Shown: positions 37,609-49,400 of the stretch, piece after piece
Layout of the letters: each line of letters starts with the position of its first letter
Position numbering within the stretch: the stretch's first letter is position 1
Virus record (IMG/VR): IMGVR_UViG_3300042341_001047
DNA length: 64,000 nucleotides
Source of the DNA: a virus
Direction: 5' to 3' (one strand)
Translations under genes and position numbers: made by a program
Notes under the pieces: model-generated
The model's input: only the letters and a program-made list of their open reading frames with translations
The model's database searches: none
What the model was told of the DNA's origin: nothing

Positions 37609-38553
37609 ATGTCTAATGAAAACGAAATGAGTGAAGAAGAATACCTTAAGAAACATCTTAGTGGTATAGATAGCTCAAGTAATAACTCACAAAACTCTGA
37701 TATCCCGTTTGTAGCTCAACCAAAAGTTGATAATACAAGAACAACTGACCTTCAGTATTTTAACTTCAATATTGAAGAGTTACCTTGTGGTGATTTCTAC
37801 CCAACTGGCACACTATTTATGGTAAGACCAGCAAAAGTAAGAGAAATTCAAGCATATTCAATGGTTGATGATAATAACTTTTATGATATAGTAGAAAAAA
37901 TGAATGATATGTTACAATCTTGTGTAAGAATTAAATACTCAGATGGTAAAATAGGTTCTTATCTAGAAGTGAAAGACCAAGATAGATTATATTTACTATT
38001 CTTAATAAGAGAACTTACTTTCCAACAAGGAAATACATTAACAATTCCAGCGAAATGTGGAGTTTGTTCTACTGAATTATCAATTGATCTTAAAAGAGAA
38101 AACTTTACTTTCCATGATGTTGATGAAAAATTGGATAGATATTTCAGTTTATCTGATAGAACATATCACTTTTCTACAGTAAACGGAAGAAACTTTGAAT
38201 TAACACCACCAAATATTGGTCTTCAAAAAGCTTTCACAGATTATATCTTAAGAGAGAATAATGAGAAAAGAACTCCAAATCTTTCTTTCTTAAAGATTAT
38301 TCCTTTTATGTTAGGTGGAAGAACTACAATTACATATGAAGGAATCAAAGCTAAACTTAAAGAGTTTGAAGAAATAGATGATATTTCATTCCAATTCCTA
38401 AACGCAGCTGTAAGTAAAATGACTTTTGGTATCAAGGAATTGAAGAAAACCTGTACGTGTGGTGAGGAGGTCCACACAGATATGCAATTTCCCAACGGAG
38501 CCTCAGGTATTTTCATTATTCACGATGCCTTTGAAGCATATATTAAAGAATAA
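37609..38553 (+). CDS. gp26: baseplate hub subunit, gp26-like
   Basis: LP.G..Y, VRPAKVREI, DRLYLLFLIRELT, CGVC and CTC Zn motifs. Confidence 0.65.
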   Translation: MSNENEMSEEEYLKKHLSGIDSSSNNSQNSDIPFVAQPKVDNTRTTDLQYFNFNIEELPCGDFYPTGTLFMVRPAKVREIQAYSMVDDNNFYDIVEKMNDMLQSCVRIKYSDGKIGSYLEVKDQDRLYLLFLIRELTFQQGNTLTIPAKCGVCSTELSIDLKRENFTFHDVDEKLDRYFSLSDRTYHFSTVNGRNFELTPPNIGLQKAFTDYILRENNEKRTPNLSFLKIIPFMLGGRTTITYEGIKAKLKEFEEIDDISFQFLNAAVSKMTFGIKELKKTCTCGEEVHTDMQFPNGASGIFIIHDAFEAYIKE

Positions 38554-38776
38554 GTTATTGCTACAAAAACATTTCAAAACTCAAGAAATATCAATGGATG
38601 AGTGGCCATTTTGGATGTTTGAAGAAAACATAAAACTGGTAAACGAAATCATAGAAGAGGAAGATTCAGAGAAAAAGAAACAAGAAGGAGAACAATCAAA
38701 AGGAATGCCGAACTTCGACGCAAACTCAATGATGAAAAACGCATCTAGTTTCTCAAGTAACATACCCAAATTTTAA
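38525..38776 (+). CDS. baseplate hub assembly chaperone, gp51-like
   Basis: From ATG 38525: LKNKLLLQKHF...SMDEWPFWMFEENIKLVNE, resembling the small gp51-like ORF that follows gp26 in T4-like phages. Confidence 0.55.
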   Translation: MPLKHILKNKLLLQKHFKTQEISMDEWPFWMFEENIKLVNEIIEEEDSEKKKQEGEQSKGMPNFDANSMMKNASSFSSNIPKF

Positions 38777-38783
38777 TTAAAAT

Positions 38784-38809
38784 AAAAACCCACTTCGGTG
38801 GGTTTTTTT
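38784..38809 (+). terminator. intrinsic terminator with cUUCGg tetraloop
   Basis: AAAAACCCAC-TTCG-GTGGGTTTTTTT. Confidence 0.9.
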
Positions 38810-38826
38810 ATGCAACAAAAAGGCAT

Positions 38827-38858
38827 AAAAAAACCATCAATTTTTATTGATGGTTTTT
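38827..38858 (-). terminator. intrinsic terminator after tail tube gene
   Basis: AAAAAAACCATCAAT...ATTGATGGTTTTT. Confidence 0.8.
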
Positions 38859-38874
38859 AATTAATATTTAAATG

Positions 38875-39501
38875 TTATTGACCATATCCAGAAACTAGTG
38901 GATTAGTAATTGTAAAGTCATTATCAATATATTCATCAATAAAGTAGTCATAGATAAAGTCAGCTTGAAGATTCTCCATAATGTTATTAGAAGACCAGTC
39001 AAGTGCGTAACCAGCTAATTGTTTGATTTGTACGTTTTGATAAGTAACACGTCTTAATACAACACCTTTTTTATCATGTTGATTAACGATAACTGTACCA
39101 ATGATATCACTCTTATAGTGTAATGAACCATTTTGAGAATTGAATACTAAATCGTACCAAGCTTTCAAAGCATTCCATACCTCCATCGAACCTGCTTGAT
39201 TTACGTTAACATTGAATTTAATGTTAAATTCACCAGCGGTTTTAGTTGGAGTTGTCAAAAATTGACGAGTTGAATACTTGAATCTTTGTTCTTTGATACC
39301 AACGTCAAATTGAGTTAAGTTCATATCAATATTAAGTGCGTTTTGTAATAACAAAACTGGGTTTCTCCCTTGAGCAACCAAAATTGTAGGTAAAACGAAT
39401 GTCACCTCAAATAAGTTAAGGTAAACTACTTCATCCGGAAATGTTCCAGGTCCACCTGGAGATCCTACATTTATCAACTGTGTATAATGTGGTAATGGCA
39501 T
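38875..39501 (-). CDS. gp19: tail tube protein, gp19-like
   Basis: NLFEVTF.LP, W.ALKAWYDLVFN, YKSD, LDWSSN, F.YDYF. Confidence 0.8.
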   Translation of the reverse strand: MPLPHYTQLINVGSPGGPGTFPDEVVYLNLFEVTFVLPTILVAQGRNPVLLLQNALNIDMNLTQFDVGIKEQRFKYSTRQFLTTPTKTAGEFNIKFNVNVNQAGSMEVWNALKAWYDLVFNSQNGSLHYKSDIIGTVIVNQHDKKGVVLRRVTYQNVQIKQLAGYALDWSSNNIMENLQADFIYDYFIDEYIDNDFTITNPLVSGYGQ

Positions 39502-39615
39502 ATTTTTTTTAATTATTTTTTATAAGTTATATATTTTAATTTTTACTTCCTTTATCTCTATTTTGAAAATTATGTTGTAAAAAATGCCATTTCCACTATT
39601 TAATAAATAGTATAT

Positions 39616-39963
39616 ATGAATTGTAATTATAGATACTGTAATAAAGAAATTGTTTGGGGTAGACCAGATAGAAAGTTTTGTAACAAAAATTGCAAGTCAA
39701 AAGAAAATGCCATAATAAAAGAACTAAAGTCACTTAATAGAAGAAACAAGGGAAATAAAGACTTTGTAGAAAAATCAAATATTAAACATAACTATAAGTA
39801 CAACTATGACTTAACAGTATATGAAAATTGTAGAAGTTTAGTTAAAATAATATGCCCAATACACGGAGAATTTGAACAAACACCAAATGCTCATCTATAT
39901 GCTGGAAGTGGATGTGAGAAATGCGCTAGAGAAGCTAGAAGAAAAGAAACAATTTCAGAATAA
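39616..39963 (+). CDS. Zn-finger protein with homing-endonuclease-associated repeat, no nuclease domain seen
   Basis: CNYRYC..FCNKNC, then KYNYD...Y.N....VKIICPIHGEFEQTPNAHL..GSGCEKC. Confidence 0.7.
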   Translation: MNCNYRYCNKEIVWGRPDRKFCNKNCKSKENAIIKELKSLNRRNKGNKDFVEKSNIKHNYKYNYDLTVYENCRSLVKIICPIHGEFEQTPNAHLYAGSGCEKCAREARRKETISE

Positions 39964-39989
39964 TTTCATATAAAAAGAAAACGTTTTTA

Positions 39990-41114
39990 ATGAAAGTTTT
40001 TATTACAACCGATTGGCATTTTGGAGTATATCTAAATAACCTAGATAAATGGTTAGATATGATGGAAGATTACTTCTACAACTCTTTTATCCCATACATC
40101 AAAGAAAATTCAAAACCAGGAGACATTCTTATTCATTGTGGTGACTTATACGACAATAGAACATCTATTCCTATCATTGCATCATATAAGGCAGAGAAAA
40201 TACTTATAGAGCTATCTAAAATACTACCACTACATATTATAGTAGGTAATCACGACCTTTGGAATAAAGGATCTAATGATATAAACTCAGTTAGGTTATT
40301 CAATCACGTTCCAAATGTGTCAGTTTACACACAAACAACATCTATTGACTTAGATGGTCAAAAATTGATTCTTATGCCTTGGGTAGAAAAGAGATTAGAT
40401 ATGATTAAAGAAATTGATAGTAATCCAGGTGATTATCTTTTCTGTCACTCTGATTTAAATGGATGTTTAATGCACTTAAATTCAGTTGCTCACAGAAATG
40501 CTGATAAAATCGATGTTGATAACTTTGGAAAATACAAACACGTTTTTTCAGGACATATTCACATTCGACAAACTAACAAAAACTTCTCTTTTATCGGATC
40601 TCCTTACCAAATGGATAGGAATGATATGGGTGATCAAAAAGGTATAACTATACTTGATTTATCAAGTGATAAAGTTACTTTTGAACCAAATACATATTCA
40701 CCAGTATTTAAAAAATTCAGAGTTGTTAACGAAGAAGATATTGATAAGTTAGATGAGTTAAAAGATACTAAAGATTATATAGATTTAGCTATATCAAACA
40801 ATCTTTTAATTAGTAATAGAAAGCTTCGTAGAAAGTTAGAAGTGATGTTAGAAAAAGGTAATTTTGCTTCTGTAGAGTATATTGATGATATTACTAAAGA
40901 ATTAGTAGATGGTGAAGAAGTAAATGAATCCAATGACATTGAATTTGATGAAAATGGAATGGAAATATCTGTTCAATTAGAATACGAGGATTATATCAAA
41001 GAGTATATCTTGAAACAAAAATATGATAGTGATAATTTCAAATCAGGAATTGTAAATGAATTTGATGAAGTCATTAAGATATACAATGAAAATTATAAAG
41101 TCAAATCTGACTAA
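39990..41114 (+). CDS. gp47: recombination nuclease, gp47/SbcD/Mre11-like
   Basis: TDWHFG, GDLYDNR, VGNHD, SGHIH, GSPYQ. Confidence 0.9.
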   Translation: MKVFITTDWHFGVYLNNLDKWLDMMEDYFYNSFIPYIKENSKPGDILIHCGDLYDNRTSIPIIASYKAEKILIELSKILPLHIIVGNHDLWNKGSNDINSVRLFNHVPNVSVYTQTTSIDLDGQKLILMPWVEKRLDMIKEIDSNPGDYLFCHSDLNGCLMHLNSVAHRNADKIDVDNFGKYKHVFSGHIHIRQTNKNFSFIGSPYQMDRNDMGDQKGITILDLSSDKVTFEPNTYSPVFKKFRVVNEEDIDKLDELKDTKDYIDLAISNNLLISNRKLRRKLEVMLEKGNFASVEYIDDITKELVDGEEVNESNDIEFDENGMEISVQLEYEDYIKEYILKQKYDSDNFKSGIVNEFDEVIKIYNENYKVKSD

Positions 41115-41142
41115 AAAAACCCATCTTTAGGATGGGTTTTTT
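41113..41142. terminator. bidirectional intrinsic terminator
   Basis: AAAAAAACCCATC-TTTAG-GATGGGTTTTTT, overlapping both convergent stops. Confidence 0.8.
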
Positions 41143-41393
41143 GTTAACTTTATTTTTAAATCATTTGTTCCTTTTATTAATCGATGATAAGTACCCATTG
41201 GTATAAATACTTCTCCTTTTATTTCTTTAGGTAGTTCATTGTCAATTTGAATTAACCAATCTGTTTCACCAATAGACTCAATTATTCTATCTTCTCTATC
41301 ACGATGCCACATAAACTCACCAGAATCGACCATCTGACTGAATTCTCTGATAAAAGTGTTATCACTTAATTTATTTTCTTGAAATGGTAACAT
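41127..41393 (-). CDS. small cupin-like protein
   Basis: WHRDREDR...WLIQID...FIP..TYHRLIKG. Confidence 0.55.
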   Translation of the reverse strand: MLPFQENKLSDNTFIREFSQMVDSGEFMWHRDREDRIIESIGETDWLIQIDNELPKEIKGEVFIPMGTYHRLIKGTNDLKIKLTKNPS

Positions 41394-41977
41394 TATATAA
41401 TCTTATTAAAATTTTCAATTAAAGACTCATCAAATATTGCTACATTTTTAGAACCTCTTTCTACTACATAAAATCCATCATATCCTTTAGACTTTATTTG
41501 ATTGATAATTGGATCAGACTCAACAACTCTCCAAGCTCCATTTTTTACTCTCCATAGATAATGATAAACACTTTGTTCTTTTTCTGTTATATCAAATTCC
41601 TCATCTGTGTCCGGATTATATCCTTTCATACCATTACTAACTTTGATAAACTTAGTACCATTTACCTCATCGATATAATTATTATCTATCATTTTTTGAA
41701 TCACTGTAACTAAATCTAATTCTTTCATTGTTTCAATATCCATTAGATTACATAACTTAATATTAGATTTAAGTTTAACTTCAAAAACAGAGGCATCAGG
41801 AAATTCATCTTTCTCATCAAGTGAGGCAAAGTTTTTAGCAAAGTCTAAATTATTCGTTAAAAATATAGCACCTGCGAATCTTTTCTTTTCAGGTGGAAAA
41901 TCACCTTTTCTGTTACCATGATATAATTTTTCACTTGTAGTAGATTCAAATAATTGATATGTTTTTAAGTATTTCAT
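41393..41977 (-). CDS. ADP-ribosyltransferase-like protein with capsid-targeting-like leader
   Basis: LYHG, AIFLT....A..FA, VFEV.L, GYDG..V.E....AIFD; starts MKYLKTYQLFES. Confidence 0.6.
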   Translation of the reverse strand: MKYLKTYQLFESTTSEKLYHGNRKGDFPPEKKRFAGAIFLTNNLDFAKNFASLDEKDEFPDASVFEVKLKSNIKLCNLMDIETMKELDLVTVIQKMIDNNYIDEVNGTKFIKVSNGMKGYNPDTDEEFDITEKEQSVYHYLWRVKNGAWRVVESDPIINQIKSKGYDGFYVVERGSKNVAIFDESLIENFNKII

Positions 41978-41980
41978 ATA

Positions 41981-42553
41981 TTACCAAAAACCGGGATAAG
42001 TGCGTCCTCCAAAAAGATGACCATATTTATTGAGTCTGCAGCTCCAATATCCAGCTTTAGTCTTATCTTTCTTTAAATGACATTGGTGTCTAGCAGCAAA
42101 TGACTTTCTTGCCTTAGGATTACTAACTTTAGCAGTTAACCCACCATGAACATCACCAAAAGAAATCTTTTTAACATTTCCTTTTGCACTCTTGACATAT
42201 ACATAGTATTTTTTAACACCACCACGCATTGGATAATTTAATTTAACATCTTTACCTTTATATTCGGCTTCCTCTCTTATCTCTTCTATATTTTCCATAG
42301 GTAAATCTAAAGGAACTAGTTCACCATTGAACATTCCAAACTTACCAATATCAGTTGATTCATATAATTCTTTATCAACATCACATAGATTAACTTTACC
42401 TAAATCAAATAATTGTCTAGCTTCTTTGATAACTTCATAGAAAGCTTCTGAACCTGGTCTGAATATATTTTCAGTAATAGGTTTATTATTCTCTAGGTGG
42501 TATTTAAGAGACTCTGATACATTAACAGATTCTGTGAATTTTATAATCTTCAT
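41981..42553 (-). CDS. hypothetical protein with capsid-targeting-like leader and basic C-terminal domain
   Basis: Starts MKIIKFTES; KKYYVYV...KKISFGD...ARKSFAARHQC...AGYWSCR. Confidence 0.75.
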   Translation of the reverse strand: MKIIKFTESVNVSESLKYHLENNKPITENIFRPGSEAFYEVIKEARQLFDLGKVNLCDVDKELYESTDIGKFGMFNGELVPLDLPMENIEEIREEAEYKGKDVKLNYPMRGGVKKYYVYVKSAKGNVKKISFGDVHGGLTAKVSNPKARKSFAARHQCHLKKDKTKAGYWSCRLNKYGHLFGGRTYPGFW

Positions 42554-42567
42554 AAATTATATATTTT

Positions 42568-42996
42568 TTATTGATTAGCAATTGAATTTATAAAGTCTGA
42601 AATATTCATAACTTTAACATCATTTTCTGGGTTTGATTGTTCAACCTCTTCAACTTCACCACTACAAGTACAATCCTGACAACATCCACAATCTTCTTGA
42701 CCATTACATTGATCACAACATCCACATCCAACTTCTTGAGTAGGTACTTGAGGTTCTTGTGAGAATTCTTCTCCTTCAGGTTTAACCCCAACTTCGATTT
42801 CGATTGTAAAGTTTTCGAAATTTTTAATCTTTCTTAGTTTATCAAATTCTTTTTTAACCTTTTCTTGATCTTCAACTTCTGTTTTAAATGATGGCTTCTC
42901 ATCTTTATCAGCTAAAACCTCTACATTAAAAAGAACTTCTTGGTCTTTGACTTTCTCATCCTTTTTTGTTTCGTTAAATTTTTTAATTTGTATCAT
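42568..42996 (-). CDS. acidic protein with Cys cluster and capsid-targeting-like leader
   Basis: Starts MIQIKKFNE; CGCCDQCNGQEDCGCCQDCTC. Confidence 0.7.
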   Translation of the reverse strand: MIQIKKFNETKKDEKVKDQEVLFNVEVLADKDEKPSFKTEVEDQEKVKKEFDKLRKIKNFENFTIEIEVGVKPEGEEFSQEPQVPTQEVGCGCCDQCNGQEDCGCCQDCTCSGEVEEVEQSNPENDVKVMNISDFINSIANQ

Positions 42997-43006
42997 AGTT
43001 TATTAT

Positions 43007-43381
43007 TTATTTTTGGCTTAATTTTTTTACAATTAAAGCACATTTTTCATATTCCTCTTCGGATTCCAACTCATCTTTATATTCCATAAGTTGTTTTCTA
43101 TCACCTAATTCTAATTTAAGTCTGAATCTAACTTCTCTTAATTCATCCATATTATTAACTTCAGAGTCTATTAATTTATCAATAACATCTCTATCAAATT
43201 GCGACATTTTTAGAAATTGATTCCAGTTATAAACATCATTCTCAGATAGAAAGTCTAAAATATTAACAACACAAGAATCAACTCTACTAAGTTTAGTAGT
43301 CTTGTTCTTTTTCTTAGAGTTATTAAATATCTTCTTAAAAAACTCTTCGTTGATAAATTGATTATATCTGTTAATTTTCAT
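43007..43381 (-). CDS. protein with capsid-targeting-like leader and C-terminal UVR-like motif
   Basis: From ATG 43381: MKINRYNQFINE; ends ELESEEEYEKCALIVKKL. Confidence 0.7.
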   Translation of the reverse strand: MKINRYNQFINEEFFKKIFNNSKKKNKTTKLSRVDSCVVNILDFLSENDVYNWNQFLKMSQFDRDVIDKLIDSEVNNMDELREVRFRLKLELGDRKQLMEYKDELESEEEYEKCALIVKKLSQK

Positions 43382-43451
43382 ACTCTTATATATTAAATTC
43401 ACTTACTAAGAAAAGATAAATTAATATATATGTAAAAGTTTACATTATTAA

Positions 43452-46400
43452 ATGTCAAATCATAAAAACCTATTATTCTTCAACAAAGAAGGAGATTATT
43501 TAAATTTCAACTACAACTATACGACAGATAGATTTGAAGGAGATTTACTTTTTCACGAAAACTCTTCAGATACTTTCAAAACATTAGGAATTTATATGTT
43601 GGAGAATATACCATCATTTGAGTTCGAACTACCTGGAACGCTAACCTTAAATAAATTCCAGTTATTCAATGAATATGGATTGTTTTTCTATAATAGCAAA
43701 TATGAGAATCAAAGTATTAATAGAATTGAACCCATTAACAATGATCCAACATTTTATTCGAAATGGATATTTGGTGATAACTTTGAAAAGAAATTTCCAA
43801 TAGGTAGTATAATTAGATTTGATTCAGTATTTTTAGAGTTCAACAATCCTACACAAACTTATACCGTTGTATCAACGAAAAAAGGAGCTGTAATGATTAT
43901 AAGTTCTGTTGATAATGCAACATTTGAGTCAATGTATATTTCACAATATTCCGATCAGTCAATATATGTAGGAAGAACAATATCAGCAATAAATGGAATT
44001 GGAGTTTATAATTATATAAATAGTTTATATAGTGATAATCTTTCTTATTGGAATGAACCACAATTTTATGATAAATTATATAAAAAGAAAAAATTAAATA
44101 TAATAAACTCACAATTAAATGATGGGATTTACACAGTAAAAGAAGAAGAACTAACAGATAACAAACACTTTGAATACTACACATCAGGAATGAATGGTGA
44201 AGATATAATAATTGAGGTTGTTAGTAAAACAGATTTACCAAGAATATATGATGGTGGTTTAAATATAAACCAAGTATCAAATCAAATAACATCAGGTGGT
44301 GAGATTTTAACATTCTCATACACATCAAATGTAGGAGCTAACGGACCATATACATCATTAACTTCAAATGGCGCATCATCTTCCGTAACGGGAACTGGTG
44401 GATTATTTGATGTTGTAGTTTCCGGTGGTGTTGTATCATCAGTTACAATAAATAAAATAGGTAAACAATATACTGTTGGTGATTTATTTGTTATAGATGG
44501 TGTATCTATAGGTGGTAGCACAATAATAGATGATATTTATATAACTATAAATAGTGTAGCGGACCCGATAGTAAGTGTAGAAAATAAAATATACTTCTCT
44601 AGTAGTGTTCCGGATATATTAAAACCTGGTAGAGAATTTAAAATAATAGGCTCAACAACAAATCAAAACTTCTTTACTATAGCTAATATTCCTACATTTA
44701 CGGGAAACACACAAGAAACATTCTACGGAACTCAATCACAAGTTCTTTGGAATAATAAAATATATCAATGTATATTAGCTTATACTCAAAGTTTTACTGG
44801 AGCAACTCAGTTTGTAGATCCATATACAACAGAATATTGGTCACCGTCCATAAGTTATATAAAAGTTGACCAAGTAGTAACACCTGAAATATTACTAGGT
44901 GCTCAAATATACCTAACAACTGATAGAATATATTTTGGATATGGATTCACATATAGCACGGCAGCAACTTTAGCATCTGCTGCTGAAAAATATAAAGATG
45001 ATTTAAAGTCATTTAATATTGATTTATTTTATGAAAATAATAAATTAAAGGCAGATTTAATATATCCGAGTAAATATGCAGAAGTAAATTTCTATCAAAA
45101 TCAAATTGGACCAACATATTCAATAGGAAATGTTACACAAACATATGAGAGAGTGACTCAAGTAGAAGAGTCTGTAAACTCTGAACTAAATTATGATATA
45201 TCTCAAAATATTTTGGTCAATATTGTATTTACAGATATAGATGAATATGGATTTAAAGTTATTATAAACGGACAAGTTTATCAAGAAGAATTAGCAGCGA
45301 TATACAGCGGTGGTCTTTTAGATATGCAAAGAACAATTGACAGAACTCTTAGAAATTGGCTAGCTAGACATTATACAGAACTAATAGGATTAGGTATAAT
45401 AGCTGATATACAATACACGGGTCCTATATTTTCACCATTTGTAAACTCAATAAAACTACAAACACAATATCCGAATGTTCCTTTAATAATAGATGATATT
45501 TTTGTAGGGATAACTGCTGATTATTATATTGAACACTCTAGAGTTCTTTTTAGTAACAATGATTATACTAATACTAGACCAACTATTGGACCAGTTTTAA
45601 CTTTAACTATAAATGACGATGAATTTAGTCAAAATACAATATATCAAACCGGATCATATTCACAATATCCTGATATTCCGGCTACTTTATCAGCATGGGT
45701 TGATGAACACGGAGACTATTTAAGAACATTTGGAATTTTAGTAACACCTATAAATAATTTACTAAAATTTGATGTTAAAAGATTAGATAGGAGACTTGAT
45801 TACACTATAAACACAGGCAAATTATCAATACCAGGTATTATAGACTACACAATAACTAAAAAAATAAAGGGTAATGATGGTTTACTTATAACCTCAAATG
45901 AGGTATCTTTACCTACTGATTTAGTATCATTTGAAGATGCTGGATTTGCAACAGGAATGGTTTTCTCTATTAATAATACCATACATCCTTATAACAATCA
46001 AGAGTTTGTTATTCAATTTTTGGATCCACAAGTCTTAAATTTAAGTTATCAGGGACCATTCTGGGGATTAACATCTGGAATTTGTAATTCATCAGCATTT
46101 ATCACATTAGCATTTGACACTGGATATGGACAAACAGCATGTGATGGACCTATTGTTGGACCAACTCCTAGTGGAGCAGGACCATATCAAATAGGAGCAT
46201 TTGATCCATCAGCATTTACTTTAACATATAATCCAAATACTTATACACTAAACACATATAATCTTCAAGGTTATCCAGGAACATCAGGCTTAGTAGACTT
46301 AATCTATGTTCAGTTATCTAATTCAATTTATGCTTTTGGAGATGACTTAACGGTAATGGATTCATATATAACTAGCTATTTAACAACAGTCTATTTACCT

Positions 46401-49400
46401 GGAAATACTCAAAGTATTGAGATAGAGTATAACTCATATAATAACTATCTTTATTGTTTATCAAAGAATAATATATTCGTAGTTGATCCTCTACTAAATA
46501 CATTAGTAGCAACAATGTCACTTGCTAATAACGCACATGATATGGAAATCAATCCAAACAATGGTGATATTTATGTAACATATGATAATAGTCCAAATAT
46601 TGATATTTGGGACTATACAAATACATTAGCTGTGACTTTAGGAACATCATCACTTAATTTTCCACCATCTGCAACATCTTGTGGAAAGATGGTATTTAAT
46701 GAATTTGAAGGTGATATGTATGTAATAACAGATGCTAATCAAACTCTTAGAATAAATGGAGGTCCTAGTTTACCAGGATACTTACCACCAAATTCATCAA
46801 ATCCTAATAGAACAATACAAACAACTTATGGTATACCAGGATTAACAAATTCAATATTCTATGAACCTATTAATGAAGCTATTTATGTTTATGGTTCTTC
46901 TAGTTTATGGAAAATTGACAATGGTGTGTCTCAGTCAATTTCTGGAATAACAACACAACCATTTAATGATATTATATTTAATAATCTAACAGGTGAGATG
47001 AACATTTCAGATTCATCAACATCATTTAAATCTCTTAATCTATCTACTGATGCCATTACAATAAATACTGGAGTATCAAACTATGGTTATTTAGCATTAA
47101 ATCAATTTGACGGAGATGTTTATTTATCATCACTTTCATCAAATAGTGTTAGTGTAATTAGACCAACAACAGGAGCAGTGGTTCAAACAGTTCCTTTACC
47201 TTCTGGTAGTACAAGAATTATATACAATCCAGACAGAAGATCAGTTTGGGTAATAGAACCATCTACCAATACGATAACAGAAGTAGAAGTTACATTAAAT
47301 AGTAGTATTAATATTAACCCAAGTGTTTATAATCCAATTAATGACAATTCATATGGAACCTTAGATCCTAATTATGAACCACATGTTGACCTATGGTTAA
47401 AAACTAAAGAGTATGTAAGAAGACCAAGAGAAAATTTTGAAGGAGAAGTTCAAGTTAAATATTATTGGAAATGGTTTGCTGATGATGTTCCTGAATTTTT
47501 CATGTATGACTTTAGTGGAGATCAGTTACCAGTAAATGGATCATATTCATATACAGGAATAAAACCACTTAGCCCAGTAGTGTTGAATAAAAACGCTAAT
47601 AAGGATTTAACTAAACTTAACGCACCTGAATATCAACAAACTATATTTAATAAAGTTGAGTATAAACTAAGTTATATAGATGATGAATCTAATATATCAA
47701 TAGAACCTGAGCCTATTCAATTATTTATTGGATATAAATCAGAAGAAGAAGGAGCATTAAGATCTGTTTTACAACTTTGGAAGAAAGAAGAGGTTACTAT
47801 TGAATTTGAATCAACTCAAATAAATGGAACAATATTAAGATTTGAAACCTTAGATGAATTTGGACCAGATAAAAGAGGTATGATAAGTATAAATACACTA
47901 TCATCAGAATTCTTCATAGGAAAGGGTTTAAAAGAAGGTCAATTAATAACTATTTATGTAAGAGATTTAACAAATAAATCATCTCAATATATATCAAACA
48001 ACAATGGACTTATAATGAAAATAAGAACCGTCTATGCTAAGAATATGGTATTGGACTTTTTATCTGGTAATGACTTATTATATCCAGAATCAACAGTAAT
48101 AGTAGACTACCCTAAAGTAAATACTACTACTTATTTAAAAACAACTATAAAGGTTATAGACAGAGAGATATCTAGATTTATTGTATATGGTCAAACTGAA
48201 GTAGAGGATGAGAGATTTAAAATTGAATTAGGTAATGTTGGAAAACTAATAGCACCAAATGAAGTATTTATTTTCAAAGAATATGATATTTTAGAAGGTG
48301 GTACAGATTGGACAATTTTAAATAAGAAAAGAAAAGAGATGTTGATGATGAAACATCTTATATACCCGTATATAGGAGCTTACAAATCAATAATAAATGC
48401 AATAAACTTCTTTGGATATAATGACTTACAATTAAATGAATATTATAGAGATATAAATCCTAATTCAGAAAAGTTTTTAAAACTATTCAAAGTAGAAATA
48501 CCGGATATGTTTGATAACACAGTAGAAGGATTTACTGAAAGTGAATTTGTAAAAAATAACTTTCCAAACGAAAACTACGAAGAAACAAATATGTTTAACC
48601 TAACATATCAAATAACAGATAAGGAAGGAACAAATGTACTAAACTATTCAATAGATGAAGTTGTAATTAAACTACAAGGTCTTAAATATTGGCTTAAGAG
48701 AAATATAATTCCATTAACTCACAAAATAATGGATATAACAGGGAAAGCATATCTAAAAAGCACAAATGAGATTGTACATACGACATATGATGTTAGATTT
48801 ATAAACTCAAAAGAGAATATGACCCCTATAACATTTAGGTTAAATGAGGCTTATTTAATGCCAATTAATAGTGGTTCTACCGTTTACAATTGTGTATTAG
48901 ATTTTTATACAATAATTGAAGGAATAGGATCTGATAAAAATCCAACTGGTTTAGTTCCACCTCCGAAACCATTTAATGGAGTAGATTTAGAAATACCTGA
49001 TTACTTTAATATTTCTATAAGAACTTATAAAACATATAAAGAATGGGCACCATTTAAAACTTACAACGCTGGTGATAAAATAACATACTATGATAAAATA
49101 TATGAATCAGCCAAAGAAAATAATAAAATTAATAATCCTCGAAAATATGAAAATACTAAATCTTGGATACCTAATACCTCATATGAAGTAACAAATGTAG
49201 TTGAGTATAACAGAGATATTTATGTGTGTACTGGATTAGGCACATTCGCGACATCATCAGGAACAGCATCTATAACAACAAGTGTTCCACCAGTTTTAGA
49301 TAATGGATCTGATAAAAATTGGCTTAATATAACTCAGTGGAGAGAAATAGATTTAGAACCTGTTCAAACACTATCTGAATTTAGAAAAGTTCCAAAAAAC

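Noticed and set aside
38459-38776. Programmed -1 frameshift joining gp26 to the next ORF
   Set aside because: The downstream ORF is in the +1 frame, has its own ATG at 38525, and no convincing slippery heptamer is evident.
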